From the NCBI RefSeq assembly GCF_000150275.1, contig NW_002060951.1, positions 2,942,647 through 3,006,646 on the forward strand: a DNA stretch of 64,000 nucleotides, written 5' to 3'. The notes beneath the pieces are model-generated. The model was not told the origin of the DNA, did no database searches, and saw only the letters and a program-made list of their open reading frames with translations. A program made the translations under genes and the position numbers. This document shows positions 1 through 28,750 of this stretch, in pieces. The stretch is from Trichoplax adhaerens (lineage: Eukaryota > Animalia > Placozoa). Every line of letters starts with the position of its first letter. Position 1 is the stretch's first letter.

Positions 1-38
1 AGATTTCGGCCCTGTGCTTTTCTAACGTTTAGGCTTAC

Positions 39-3000
39 CTTTCTCCTTGAAACACTAAAGGATTTTTTACATTGCTGACAATCAGAGATTGCTTTATCGT
101 CAATCCAGACGCTTTCCTAGACCGCAAATATGGTAGTAATATGCCTCCCGTTAACCTTAATACTGAAGATTATAACATTACAGAGTATTGACTCTTTAAG
201 TACAAAGTGACGTTCGTAATGATTTACACCATGATTTACAAATGCGGAGTATCTCCCTGAAAGTCGCTATTTATCTGTTTGAATGACAAACAGGCATATT
301 TGTACTCTAAGGCATAAAAATAAATTTAGATGCAAATAAAGGACGATTTCCAACTTATCTGTAGACTGTAGTAGCTTTATCCTACAATATATAGTTTCTA
401 ATTTATTGAAGATAATGCGAAGGTTACAGCTCGTATTTTAGCTCTAACACTCAGTGAAACGGACTGTAGATCTCGTTGAGAAATACCTCAGTGCTTTGTG
501 CGTATATTGTAATATGATATTCAGTCTAATTGTAGAATTTGACGGTGTCGTTTATAAGTATTATAAGATTTTAATCTCGTGCACAAAATATAATAAATCA
601 CAGTATTTGTGACAGAGTTACGCTATTTCATCTGAGAAGCGTACTTCTTAGGCGCTCCTTACCGAAAATGCTTTTGATACTTCTTTATAGTCTGAGGCTT
701 TTAAGTGTGCTCTTAAAAAGAATTTGAAAAGAAAATGCGAATAAGCGATAGCGAAACAAATTTTAAATACGAGTAGTATAAGATGCGCCGCCATAAATAC
801 TTACTTGCTTAAATGTTCTCCCATTTCTATTAGGGCCTGGTTTTAATTATGAAGAGTGAATTGGATTGATTTAAATTATATAGTAGCAGATAATCTACTC
901 AAACATTAATCTAGACGTACGTCTGCATTATTTAAAGAATGACGTAATCATAATAATTTCTGCTTTGATTGGTTTTATTACTAAAGAAATCGCGTAAGAC
1001 CTATCAATATAGTACGGGGTATACTACAATGTATATAATTACGTATTTAAATGCTTATAGAATATCATAGTACAAGTCATATTGTATAGCACTTAATTTT
1101 AAATAAACTTAATTTGTTTTGAAAGGCTTTTCTTATAAATAATATGTTAATTATTGCATAATTCATGAAACATTTTTTACGGTCAAGTGATTGTACATAC
1201 TATAGTATTATCGGCATTAGTCATGGTTACGGCTTAGCTGAATGATTTTATTTGCTGGCTCTACCGTCTAACTACATGAGTGCCTAGTATTCTGATGGCA
1301 ATATTTAGTATATTTTAAAACGTTTAGCTGAGACTTTGAGAAACAACCGAGAATATAGAGAATTGAATTAAGAGCACTATTTTACATGTTTGCACATCCG
1401 TATTGATGATGTTGCTGTAACTGTACTTGTCTGATTATATCAAGATCATTCCTTAGAGGGTGTGAGAATGACATAAGAAAGAAAGAATTACTAAAGAGTG
1501 AAATGAATACCTACGGTTCGTGCAATTACAACAGATACTCATGGTTACATATACGTTTTGCTGGTATAATTTTTACCAGTTTACTTACGAGCTCACGCTC
1601 TTCGTAATTCTTTTGTAATTCCTTACATTTTTGTTCTAGTTCATTCATTTTCTAATAAGAGTTCGTAATTTTGAAGAAAGTCGGAAATCTGATTAAGAAC
1701 ATAATCGTGGTGACTAATTAAATATCTATGGTATTTGAACCGTTAAAACGCACAGATTTATCTTTGTTTAGTTTCCGTTGACTGTCACGCAGAATTTCGT
1801 TTTCTTTCTGCAAATCGGCAAGGGTTGCCTTTTAAATTAAATCCATTTAGATAAATTATTTTTGCAAAAAGCTACTTGAAAAATTTATGAATTTAGCTAA
1901 TTCAAAGCAAGAAAATATAGATGATTTATATGGAGTGACAGTGAAGCTGTAAACTTTTGTACCACGAATAATTCTGTAGTACACTATACCTGAATATCAT
2001 TTCTCTCCTGCAACTGCTGAGTTAGTTCTGATTGCAAGCTTGAGCTAACAGATGTAGCAAGCAATAAGTCAATTGCTTCGAATATAAATAGTTTAAAAAT
2101 TGAATCAATTTTGTAAATTATGCGTAGTATAACCGAACCATTGTTCTTCCATCAGTTGTAGACGAAATTTTAGTTGCTCCGAGGCTTTTGTGTGTTTTTC
2201 TAATTCAATACCATTCGCTTCTTTGCTATTAAGAACTTCTGTTTTAGATAATACTACAATGCTAATTACAATAGCTTAAAACGATACGAATGTAATTGTT
2301 TACGTTAATCGTAGGTCCCGTATTATACCATCTTTTTCATCACATCTCCTTTGCAGTGTGTCAATCAGATCTAGATTGGACTTGCTCGAGGAATTGGTAT
2401 CCTGGTAGTAGGTACAAAATTTGTTCTATCTTAAGATCAATAATTAACTAAATGGTTGCGGATTTAAACGTGGTTGTCAATCTTAACTCTACTTTGGAGG
2501 GACAGTACTTTCAAAGATATAAATCTTCGTTCTATATATACCTTGCTCTGCCATTCAATTAGCAGTTGCTTAACATCACCGAGCTGTTGTCTCAAAGCGC
2601 TTATTGTGTCATCTTTTTCATGGATACTTTGCCATGCTGCTTTTAGAGAAGACTGTACAATAAGCATAGAGTATGGAGATATGACTGATGAAAAGGATAA
2701 TCATGATAAAGTGACCAGCATGCAGCCCCTCATTAACAATAACAAATCATTTACATTATTATATTCTTAAACCAACGATACGCTATTGCTACTTATCTAC
2801 AAATACTACGCAAAGCAATATAAAATGCAACATGTACTCAGTCTTATTACACTGGTTTCTTCTTTAGTTTTTAACAGGTCGCGTACTTTTTCTTCTGCTT
2901 GCTAAAGCCAAAAGAAATATACTTAAGAGTTTTAAAATAAGTCAAGCACACACTGATCATCGCACTTTTATGGAATTTTAATTAATCGCGTATTGTATTA

Positions 3001-5463
3001 CATTTCGTAATTCCTTTTCATTTTCTACAGACTTTTGCAGTTTCGCGTATAGTTCTTCTAGACTAGTTCTAAAAATAGAACGATTCGGCAATTTAAGATT
3101 CTGTTACAGATTTTAAGGATAAGACTAAAGAATCTGCATATACTTTCTTTCATTAGCGGATTTTCTCTCAGCAGCAAGGTCCAATTCATGCTTCTGAAGA
3201 TAAAGGTGATTAATTTCCGATTAATAGGACTGTTCTCGGAACTACAGAAATACACATTAAATTCATGTGGTAGATATGGAAATGACATCATTAACCGGTT
3301 AAATTACCATAGAAGCCTGCTGGAAATCTTTGTTGAGATTTGATATTATATTCTTCAATTTTTCATTTTGTTCTTTCTCACATTGGCCCTTTGCTAAAGC
3401 TATGGTTAAATTGTTGCTCATTTGCGTTGTTAACTGATTTGAAGAATCTAGTTTCTTCGTAAGCGTTGTGATAGTTGATCTACAGTACAGGAAAAGAATT
3501 GGCATGCATAACAAATCATTCGGAATATTTGCACATCGATAGTAATACTTTACGAAATCTTTCAAGTTTAGCGGTAAGTTTACGTAGTTGAAAAAGCAAC
3601 AAATAATATTTTCAAATTTATAGCAAAAAATCTATATTAAGCGAACTTTAAATTCCCATTTAATTCTTCTAAGTAACACTTTTGATCAAGAATTGCATCA
3701 TAGTCGGTGTTTTCCCTATGAGAAGCAATCAACTAAGTAAGGTGTAATGATTTTTGACAAAATAAGGCTCTTTAGTCATTGTATCCGGTAGCATTAATGT
3801 GTTTAACAAAGTTTTGGCGATCGATTAATTACATTACAATTGTAGTGTTCGAATTCTAGTTTTACCTGTTATTATCTTCACTACCTTCATATCCTACAGC
3901 ATTTTCATCTTTGAAATACATGGATAAATTAATAACTAAGGGCTAGAATAATAAAACTTATATCACGGGTTTTGCCAATTTATTGCTGGCATTTCTTAAC
4001 GGAATCGTAACTATCGATAGCTAAGTTTAACCTGTGTGTCTAAGTTAATGCCTTTCATTGGGATATTAATATCAATTACGTTCAGGCCAATCAATAAGCC
4101 AGCAATGACAGAACTTTCTTCATGCATCAGGGTCGCATAGCTTTCATAAAATTCGCTGAATAATTTGCAATCGATATAACACTAAGTAATTTTTATAGAG
4201 TATTGAAGAAGAAGCAAGGACAAAAGACATCTGTCTATGATATAAATTTTGAAGGCGCTTATGGCTTACCTTAAGAAATTATCTCTACAATTGATAATTT
4301 TTAAGAAGTAAGTTGATAATTTTTTCTGCATTAAAGCAATTCTAAGCCAAGCTCGCCATCGACCTACATTCGATCTGAATATAGGAAATGTTTGGCATAC
4401 GTGTGTGAAATAGATAGTTTAAAATGATGAGGAACTATTTATAACATCTTTTGTCCGATTCGTCTCGATGATTTTTAAATAATTAAACGTCCACACAGTC
4501 GATAACATCAATAAACTTGATACTATAAGACTGTACCGCGTATGATTAGCAAAATCGCAGTATTTGTGTGAATTATACGTTGATTAATTAGTAAAATGCT
4601 GCGAAGAATTAAACAGTTGCCTTTGAGCTCTTTCAGTAGCCTCTATAAAAATATCGCTTTTCATGCAGATAAAGGACTTAGTTATATTCCCTATTTATTT
4701 ATAGCGCTATATCTTCGAATCTCGATAAATCTTTCTGATATCAACATATGTAATAGCGGTGTTTACTGCACGACGATAATATAGTAATAGCGTTTATTTT
4801 ACATATCTGATACACGATTTTAGGACGAAATTATCATTTAACCCTTAATACAATTAGTAAGTGGCCGATATCAACAAATGGTTATCTAAGTTAAAATAAA
4901 GTAACTAATGTTATGGAAAGCTAGCGTTAAGGGCACATAGGGCTGACAATTAACATTAAGCAAACGATACAATCCTAGTTGCATACCTAACACTTGGTAG
5001 GCTTCTACAACTACGAATGCTTTGATTTAGTTCTTCATCACAAGCAATCTTACAGTAGGCCTCGATTATATCCCAAGGTTCCTTACGACGACCAAGAATC
5101 ATTCGTTTACCTTATGTTAATACAGCATGAATTCGAGTAAAATAGCATGGAGTATTATTTATAACAATAAATTACAAAAACTCTTTATGCAGTGTTTAGA
5201 AATTCTAGCAAACCTTTCAAGCCGTGTCGCAAAAGTAATTCCAACGCTACAAATAACTCAAGTAGCGGTGGAAAATCAGGGTTCTCCAGGTGTCTGCCTA
5301 TCCTTAGGGAAGCATCAATAAGTGATTTAATACTTAGTTTAGACAAACTTAATATGTTTCTTCTCTCAATCAATCGAACAGGATCGTCCGGTGTGGCCAC
5401 CGATAAGTCATGGTCTTCATCATAAATTGGATGAAAATCACTTGCATGAGATGGACTAGACAT
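39..5463 (-). CDS. RUFY: RUN and FYVE domain protein (RUFY1/2/3-like), multi-exon, 3' end truncated by the window edge
   Basis: First exon from ATG 5463 reads MSSPSHASDF...IERRNILSLSKLSIKSLIDASL...LFVALELLLRHGLK (RUN domain start). Internal coiled-coil exons lie at about 660-3480. The last visible exon (39-116) encodes ESVWIDDKAISDCQQCKKSFSVSRRK, i.e. the FYVE WxxD..CxxC..RRK motif, followed by a GTAAG donor. Confidence 0.9.
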
Positions 5464-6133
5464 TTTGAGGATCGGTAATTTGTCTCGTTTGTTATTAACA
5501 CAAACACAAACACAAACAGTACAGTATGTTGTACAGTACTGTATCATTTTCCCATCTTTCTAATGTACTGTACTGCACGTACAGTACTGTACTGTACTGT
5601 ACAGTATAGTACTGTACAGTACTGTACACTGTATCAAACGTACAGTACAGTACAGTATCAATCGCTGAAAGTGCGGAGCTCTAAGGACTGTGCATCGTTG
5701 GTGTACGGGTGAATAACTATTTCACTATCATTTCAACTTCAATTAATTAAGTACAGTACAGTATCTTCTGCTATACAGTACTCATTTAAAGTCAAGATCT
5801 GGTTGGTTCGCATTTCATTTGGTTCGAGTCAGTTTATTCGAGGAAATTTATCCAGATATTCAGGTTCGAGCTAAGTCAAACTACCGATTTGTTTTATTGT
5901 AGCACTTTGTTGGCTGTACAGTATACCAAAGACCACTGGTCTGGTACATGCGCGTAAATAGCACTATAATAAATAGATAGATAAATTAAAATTAAAATTA
6001 TTATTTATCGGTATGCGCCTAAAATCGTATATTACTATACGTACATAGTCGCACACCGCATATTGTAACTACAACAATAGCTTTAAATTTAATTTTTTTT
6101 ATTGCAATGAATAGTCCACTCTAGATTTAGGCG
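5464..6133. promoter_or_regulatory. Putative bidirectional promoter region, RUFY/STK36
   Basis: Divergent start codons only 670 bp apart; contains a CAGTA array. Confidence 0.55.
5516..5657. repeat. (CAGTA/TACTG)n degenerate pentamer array in the RUFY-STK36 divergent intergenic region
   Basis: e.g. acagtactgtactgtactgtacagtatagtactgtacagtactgtac. Confidence 0.85.
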
Positions 6134-15691
<9,558 letters not shown>

Positions 15692-16096
15692 TGATCGAAA
15701 TGAAAAATTTGCTGTTATCTTACTGATGTGGCGACGCGTTTTATTTATTTTATATTGTATGTACTTGAAATAATTAGTAACGTGTAAAATTAGTTGAGCC
15801 TTGATGGTATCAGTGATTGTCATAAATACCATAGTGGTATAAGTGGCAAACATTTTATTATCATGAATGACATAAAAGGTTTTATAAACGATACTTTTGT
15901 AACATGTTTAGAACTATTAATTGGATGGTCGTTTGCTATGTTCTTCATTTTATTAATTGATTTTCTAGTTTTGAACGTACCGATAAGTTAGTTGTATAAC
16001 TATTAAGAGTGCTGTTTGAACTTCTATAATACGAACCGTACTTTACTATACTGTACAGTATATAGTATATAACATATACTGTATACTGAAGGAACA

Positions 16097-19000
16097 TTAG
16101 TACGAGCATGTACACTGGAAAGAGGTAGTTTTATAAAAGAAATTGATGAAGATATCGATCATGATGGAATTTCCAGCTGTACATAGCACCTAGGAAGGAA
16201 AAAGATGTTAGGTAGTTAATAGTGATTCGATGAATAATAAATTATTTCATAATTAGTTGATTCTATCCCACCGGTTTACTATTAAGATTCTCATTTATTT
16301 GGATTGCGAAATTTGGAGATGACGAAGTAGGAATAGTTGCGGTAACTTCACCATTAATAGTAGTATGTGTTACGTGGTGGTTATCCCCTACTGTAATGAA
16401 CTAGATAGAAAGCACATTGCATTTAAGTTACATTACCATTGACGTTTACCTAACAGGCTAAAACTTTATCAGTATAATAATTCCATAAATCTAACCGGAG
16501 GTACGTACATTTCCATCGTAAAAGACTACGTCACGAACACAAGCGGTTATATCATTGCAGCTCGATGTAAGAGTTCTAGACTGCAGGTGCCAAATAGATA
16601 GACCAGTAGCTCCACCACATGCCTAGAAATGACGATATATGAAAATACTTGATAATAGCGAAGGTATCAATTCGATAACAACTGGACGTTATGTTGAAAA
16701 GTTATTGAAACTATAGATAATTTTAATTATAATTGAAAAATCATTGCTTGAGAATGTATATTTATACATTATATATTATATACATTAGCTGATAATCCTA
16801 ATCGCTTGCTAGGTGAGAAATATATCCGACTATTTTATTGGCATCAAAATTACTTTAACTCGGAACTATCATCTGAGATACTAATGCAACTTACCATCCA
16901 GTTACCATCAGTATCGGTTGCCATAGCAGAAATCCATTTGCCACCTCCATGATGGCTTAGTTGCTAAAGCATGAAATCAGAAACTTTTAGATTGTCAACA
17001 TCATATAATCTAATTATTCTCGGTATCTCTCATATGCTTGAAGGTTACGCTACATATTGAAGTAAAATAGTAATAAAATATTGTACGTACTGGTCAGCGA
17101 TTTATGAGAAGTAGAATTAATTTTTACCTGATGTTTGTAAGGTTCAATTATAGCAATTTGAGAGGGCTTACGATTATCTACACCGCGAAATGATTTGATG
17201 TATGAAAGTAAAGCAGCGATGAATATTGTGATAATGTAAAAGTATCTATTATGGGTTATTACCCCAAAATCGTACTGATCCATCTTCAGAGGAGCTAATA
17301 CACGCCTTCGATTGGGGATCTAAGACTATGCTATGTATGCTGTCCTCATGACCAACCATGCTGCACTGAAATTTAAGTTAACATAATTAATACATCTTCA
17401 TGAGCTTTTACAATCTATGCGAAATGCATTCTGTTAACCTTATTGTGTCCACTTTTCAAATCGTAACCATAAATTCTCCCATCTCCGCAACCACAATATA
17501 GGATATTTTCCTACAGAACGTAATTATAATGATAACCAAAGGGTGCTTCGTTAAAAAAATTTATCAACTGTATAACATAATTGAACAGCTCCTAATGGAA
17601 AATTTATTATCTAACTGATCTAGAGTTAGCTACAGCAGCGTATTATTAACTACAACACATACAAGCTTATTCGGGTGCTATAAGCAAATTATGAATAGTA
17701 GGATAATTCGGTACCTCTTCATTCCAAACCAGAGAATTGACTTGCGCTGATTTATATTGTTTACTGAGGTCGTAAAGTAGTTTAATCATCGTCATAAGCG
17801 TATTCGTTATTGTAGTTAAAAATCTCGTAAAGTCAAGACTTATATGAGATATTTCTATCAATACATGATACTTGTTTATAGATAAATGATATGAATCGGT
17901 TTCTACCTCGACGGAATGTAGATTTTCCATACTTCATGAATATCCTATTTATTAGCAGTTTTTGATCTCACGCACAACATCACAATTTAACACTCTTTCT
18001 AAATTATTTCCTATCTAATAAAATCTTAAAATTGTGACTTACCTTATCAAGAATCTCGCTCCATTTATAGCCAACAATTCTATCTAATATACCACTTCAA
18101 AAAAAAGATAAGTAAGAAGAATAAAATATTCAGCATTACAATGAGGTAATGAACTCGTCTGCTAATTTTAATGTGTTACTGGTGTATGATTATGAAAAAA
18201 GTTTAATTACGATACAGAGAATCAGTGTTTATTCTTTCTAGGAAATTTGTGTAGAGTTATTATATAGTACTGTAAGGGGCTACGATGTAATAGGTAGGCA
18301 ATTCCTGTCTGATTATAATTACAGTATATTATTTATTGAATTTATTAGGTCTCACCAAACAAGATATGTTGAAGTTGACGTTAAAGCATAAATGGGTCCA
18401 GAATGCACTACACCGATACAAAAAAATATGCATATGTAATTAGCCAAAGCATCTACATATCTAAGTTAAAAATTTATCCAATAAATTAAATTTTATAATA
18501 CTGTACAGCTGACTTATACAGTACTACATATAAATCTATTTTGACCCAGCCGTATAGCCCCTGCTGTGTCCTTGTTTATATAGTAAGCTTGACGAAGTAA
18601 GAATATCGCTGGCTTTACAATTTAGCCAGAAATGAAATGTTCTCATTCCGTAAGTCAATTTTAATACAACCTTGAATAATGCGTTTGATAATTTCTTTTT
18701 CCTTAGCTAGTACTGTCGAATTAAGGGCAGACTCTAATCTAAGAAGTCGGTTGATGGTATTAGTGGAATCTTTATTAAAAGCAAACTGTAATGTTTGAAG
18801 ATCCTTTTACTCATCGTGATTGAAAGCTGTAATTTATATTTTTATCATATATGAATATTGATAACAACTAAGAATAATTTACAGTTCAGTGATGAGTAAC
18901 TTATCAACAACTTACTGAAATATAAAGATTCGACCAAAGTTGTCGCCTGCAGCTAGTAATTTTCCACATGGAGAGTAACATAGCGAATATACTACGCCAT

Positions 19001-19879
19001 ACATATCCATGCGTTCTGCTAGGATTGCCTTCTATAAAAATGAGGCTATTTAGCTTGTAATTGTCATTCATTCACATCGGAAAACCGTATAAGTTTCACA
19101 AAACGTAAAGGTGATTTAATACAATTATAAATCAAATTTTAATGTAAGTTTGTTGGTTTGTTATTAAGGTACAGTACTTATCGTGATATTTACGATAAAT
19201 TCTTTGATATGCATGCAGTGACGGAAAGTGGATAAGCGGATAGGGTATTCTGTTTGAAAATTTTGATTTTGTAATTTCTCTCAAGAAATACCATATTTTT
19301 ATACGTAAGCGTATTATGTAGTGTAACTAATTATGGAAAGGTAAGGTATTGTGGTTAGATCAATAGTGTTCATCTCATATGATGCTCAGGGCTCTTGTGA
19401 TCTAAAATACAGCAACTTACACGTGTGCATGTGTGCAATCTCGGATGTGAAACTATGGAAAGTACTATTTACTATATACCTGTAGATGTACTGCAATATA
19501 CTACAGTAAAATACGGTACCGTTACCTGCATGGTAAGGATGGGTATTAAAATTAACCGATGCGAATTTTAGCACTATACGCTAGATTAAGGTTGGTTGTT
19601 CAGTGCATAATTTTGTAACTAACTACTGTACTGTACATTGATAACTATTAACTAAGGAATTTATAAATTACGTGTATTATCACGGACTTCTAGATCTCGG
19701 AGATTTAGAAGTCCGCGGTATTATCCAGCACACTTTATACCACAGTCTTGCTACTAGATTGAGTAACAGCAGTTGAACACAATTTACTGTTAAATCCTCA
19801 AACAAAGTCACAATATGAACTTCTAAATCGCCTACAGTGCAACATAAAAAACTACTATTCTTACCTCGTATTTGTCCAT
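16097..19879 (-). CDS. THOC6: THO complex subunit 6 (WD40 protein), multi-exon
   Basis: Exons give (MDKYE|)KAILAERMDMYGVVYSLCYSPCGKLLAAGDNFGRIFIF, LESALNS, HSGPIYALTST, GYKWSEI, ENILYCGCGDG, DTDGNWM|ACGGATGLSIWHL and VLCTAGNSIMIDIFINFFYK...stop. These resemble THOC6 motifs (SPCGKFLAAGNNYG, HDGPVY). The 15-nt first coding exon is tentative; MDMYG is an alternative start. Confidence 0.85.
19683..19715. repeat. Near-perfect palindrome in the putative THOC6 intron 1
   Basis: CGGACTTCTAGATCTC-G-GAGATTTAGAAGTCCG, 16-bp arms with one G:T pair. Confidence 0.8.
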
Positions 19880-20039
19880 GTGATGATATATATTGCTCCT
19901 TTATTTACTGTAAAAGTTACAATCAGCTACATTTATTGATTTGTCTTAGCGTGAGTTCACAGTCAGTTAAAACTAAACTTTAAGCTTGAACTTACAGTTA
20001 ATAACTCTTACATTTTTAGTTTACCATTTATAAAGCGTC

Positions 20040-20270
20040 TACAGTACTGTACAGTGTACAGTAACTTGATCTCCTGAAAAAGAAAGTACGGTACTGTACA
20101 ATACTATTAGGGAAATGACAGGACCGACAGTACTGTACAGTGCACAGTACCGTAGCATCAGACCTCTATGTACTGTACAGTATATTGCATACCATACAGT
20201 ACTGTACAGTACCTACTGTACCTGTCTTGATCTACAGTATGTAGCTATCTACTGTACTGTACTGTACTGT
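20040..20270. repeat. (CAGTA/TACTG)n array upstream of THOC6
   Basis: Many acagtactgtacagt and actgtactgt units. Further short arrays lie at about 20706-20734 and 20975-20992. Confidence 0.8.
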
Positions 20271-20737
20271 ATATTGTCGTTTATAATCATACAGTATGCA
20301 TCTGCTTATTAAAAGCATACTTGATCTACTGTCTCTCTCTCTGATGATAGATCTCTATCTTAGCAGTAACACCTGTAACTTTTGTTCGTGATAATTTAGT
20401 AAATCTACACTGACATCTCCTTGACATAACAAAATAATATTACATACAATAATGTACAGTACAGTACGGCTATCAGATCCGAATGCTTACTGTATCTTGA
20501 ATGAGATATACTGTATACTGTAGTAGTAATGTGGAGGCTAATTGTTATTTTGGTCATTTCAATCGTATCACATGTCTGTAATGGTACACTACAGTATACT
20601 ATCCGTGATTGACATCCAAATTAGCGGTTATTACTAAGCATCCACATTATTTTGCAATGTAGCCGTTTCCTGTCTCGTCTCTTTCTTTTTACTATTCTGT
20701 AATAATGTACAGTACAGTACTGTACTGTACTGTAGTA

Positions 20738-20968
20738 ATCCCCAGGTACAACAAGTTCAACCACACACTCCTTAGAATGCTCCTGCCATATGCACGGTCA
20801 CGGTATATATCACGGTAATCATGACCCTTAGCCTTTAACGATGCCTAGCTATGTGCTTTAAATCCAGCAGCGGGCTAACGATTTAGTTTGGCAACTTCGT
20901 ATGACTAAAGTAAACGAAAATACGGTTCGACGCTGCTAACCCTTATTCATTCCTTTTCAAAATGAATA
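20738..20968 (-). ncRNA. Candidate structured intergenic ncRNA or cis-element (family unknown)
   Basis: GC-richer island with nested helices (AGCAGCG/CGCTGCT, GGTCA/TGACC, GCAC/GTGC, TAGC/GCTA, TATTCATT/AATGAATA), bounded by CAGTA arrays. Confidence 0.25.
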
Positions 20969-22625
20969 TACACTATACAGTACAGTACAGTATACAAGAC
21001 GCCTTTTAGCGTTTTATCTCTACAATCCGATTAGTGATTAAATTAACAACTCACATTTCATATGCTTTAAAATTAGCAATATTGGCTTATGATTTGAACG
21101 TCAAAAGTGAAATTATAATTACTGTACCGCATTTGGCCAAATGAAAGCCATTTTCTATAGTAACCTACTGTGCAGTACATAATCTTCAGTACGCCGTGCA
21201 GTACAAGAAAATGGACTAATGCGGTATTTCATCGTAGAACAGCACAGTAGCTTCAAGTTATAAGTAACTTACTGTATGACTGATGGCGTGAGGATGAAGT
21301 CCGATGGATTGCTAGAAAAAGACCTGGACTGCACACTTCACTCTATTCGTTATAATATAATGATCATTAAGCGGATGCTTGATTCTGTAATTCACTTATT
21401 TTTCGAATTTAAGAAATCTTTCATTGAATTCTATTCTGTTTTACTAAGTATACGAGTGTACAGTATTATTCTGGATACGAGCATACGAAATGTGATGTAA
21501 TATTTTATTTAAAGAAATCTGTGAACTATGATATTTAAAGGGTCATTATAATATATCGATAACAATTAATATCTTGAATGACAATTTATTCTAATAATGA
21601 TATAACATCTTTTTGATATAGTTACAATCCGCAAGTGGATATCTAATATGATTAAACATGGTTGTATGACGTATTCGTAGTTACGTACTGCACTAGATAA
21701 TATTCAGGCTAAATTATTTGGCAATGTTTTCATAAGTGGCAAACATGTTCTATAATTGATTATAATTGATAAAATTTTTACACTTTCGATAGCCATAAAG
21801 AATTCTGCAATGCGCTTACAAGAACAGCATCATCGTTCTCGTTATATACTGCATTTACGGTAGTACTGTTTCAAGTTAGAGGTATTGCATGAATAGGTAG
21901 GTATGTACATTGACCACGAAAGAAAAGCCACGAAGCATACAGAATCATACTCGCATTATTCTTATTTTAGACGTAAGTCGCAAGGTAAACTGTACAACGT
22001 TCGCTTGATGAGCGGATAGTAATTTCTGCCGTTAGAATTTTCACTAAAGTAAATTCTCTACTTTGCACACCTAAAAGAACTAATGAAGTTACTATACCGC
22101 AAACAATTAATGCCCTATAAAATTGTTATGTCTGTATACATTAATTTGAAGTTTCAGTAAAATACAGTTACAGAGGGTCTGCCTAACTTATGGCGGTGCA
22201 CGAATCGATTTCCTAGAACGTACGATTGAAGGGTACGATGTACAGTACAGTAATCTATCCCGTAACGTAAATTGCGAACAGAAAGGCTATGGATTATCAA
22301 TTTTACATGAGGCAGCTCGTTATTAATGATCGGTTACATCTTATCATAACTCTCGCAAACCATTACTGGAAGTAGAAAACTACACTAAAACATGCTTAAA
22401 ATAACGCTAATCTAAGCTAGGATCATATTTGAGCACAGCATAGCTATTATAAGGCTACTGTCATGGAATGCAACAAAAGCACACCGACTTTAAACTTTAT
22501 ATAAAGGTGTGATTAATTTACAATGACATTAGTACGCAATATAACGTTATTAAGAATGCGTTGAAACTAATTAATCGGTATGGCCCAACACAAATTTGTT
22601 TTCGAATATTGAAATGATCTCATAA

Positions 22626-27575
<4,950 letters not shown>

Positions 27576-27801
27576 CTCCAGGCCAGTGTTTAATAGTTTC
27601 GTTACAGAGCAACACTTTAGGTGATAATTTGAAGACGATTATGCCATTTAAGTTGCTTTGCACAAATAAAATATTGTAGACCTTGAAAAGATAAATATAA
27701 TCATAAAATTTTATATGTACGCATAGCCAACACTTCGCTTCCACGCCATCGCGTAATGGCGTGAATAAGGCCACGGGATACTCAATTGTGAATGGAAGCA
27801 A

Positions 27802-27966
27802 TCAGTACAGCACTGTACAGTACAGTCAGTACACTACAGTACAGTATGTACAGTACTGTACTGTACAGTACACTGGGAAACAAGTTCTGCTGTACATACT
27901 GTACAGTACAGTACAGTACAGTACAATGTTCAGTACTACAGTACAGTACAGTACTAATAGTGTACA
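27802..27966. repeat. (CAGTA)n array upstream of PTEN
   Basis: gtacagtacagtacagtacagtaca and similar tracts; these produce spurious Y/S/T/V/Q/C-rich ORFs in several frames. Confidence 0.9.
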
Positions 27967-28364
27967 CTGAAGGATCGTGAAGGCAGTGAAGTTTTGAACA
28001 GACTTTGCTCCGTAGATTACAGTAGACGTCAAAGAGTCGACTCCAGTCCGGCTTAGAGCCTTAACTGTGGAGACAGCTACTGATATGATGAACGTTTTAA
28101 CAGAACAGGCCAAATAAATACAGCCTATATACAGAGGTATAATGGTAGTGTAAGAAGACGTTAGTTTCAGTGAAATAGTATAGAATCATCGACGTTCGGT
28201 TCCAAGGGAGCGGGCTATACTATAAAGTATAATACTCAAAACATTTTAAGCGTACAGTAGAGATGATCGAAAGAAAGAAACAGCTATGGTTTAAAAAGAC
28301 TTTTTACACTTTTTAAACCTCAGTTCCCTTTGTAAAACGGTACCGTGTATGGTGTATCACTACG

Positions 28365-28750
28365 GTACTATACAGTACAGTCGGCTTGTACGATAAACTG
28401 TACTGTATATCAGCCATACAGTACTGTACCGTACATTACAGTATTTCAATGTAAAGTACCGTGTAGTACTATACTGTACAGTAGAGTACTGTACTGTACA
28501 GTTACAATGTCAGTATAGTACATACAGTACTGTACAGTACAGGACAGATATGATACAGTACAGTAATGCAAAAATGATTGCATAACTTTTGCTACTGATC
28601 AGCTGGATCAGATGTAAAAGCTACTACATTACAGTACAATAGATTAAAAGTACTGTGCATAAACTGCGCACTCTCTTTTTCTTTAGTACAAAACAGTAGT
28701 CCTTGACTGTACAATACAGTACTGTACAGTACAGTACAGTACGTACAGTA
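28365..28750. repeat. Dispersed (CAGTA/TACTG)n array upstream of the RAPGEF2 start
   Basis: Multiple acagtactgtacagtacagt tracts. Confidence 0.8.

Noticed and set aside
20936-20943. CTAACCCT as a telomerase RNA template
   Set aside because: It lies at the 3' end of the structured island on plus, with no downstream TR-type pseudoknot or H/ACA domain visible; an 8-mer can occur by chance.
20997-21015. GCCTTTTAG hairpin resembling U5 snRNA loop I
   Set aside because: Mismatch to the invariant GCCTTTTAC, and no U5 long stem or Sm site.
27576-27650. PTEN-Long-type CUG-initiated N-terminal extension
   Set aside because: An in-frame TAA lies about 22 codons upstream, and the nearest CTG would add only two residues.
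27761-28113. Four overlapping ORFs rich in Y/S/T/V/Q/C (also 20115-20312)
   Set aside because: Translations of the CAGTA pentamer repeat, which lacks stops in most frames; no protein-like content.
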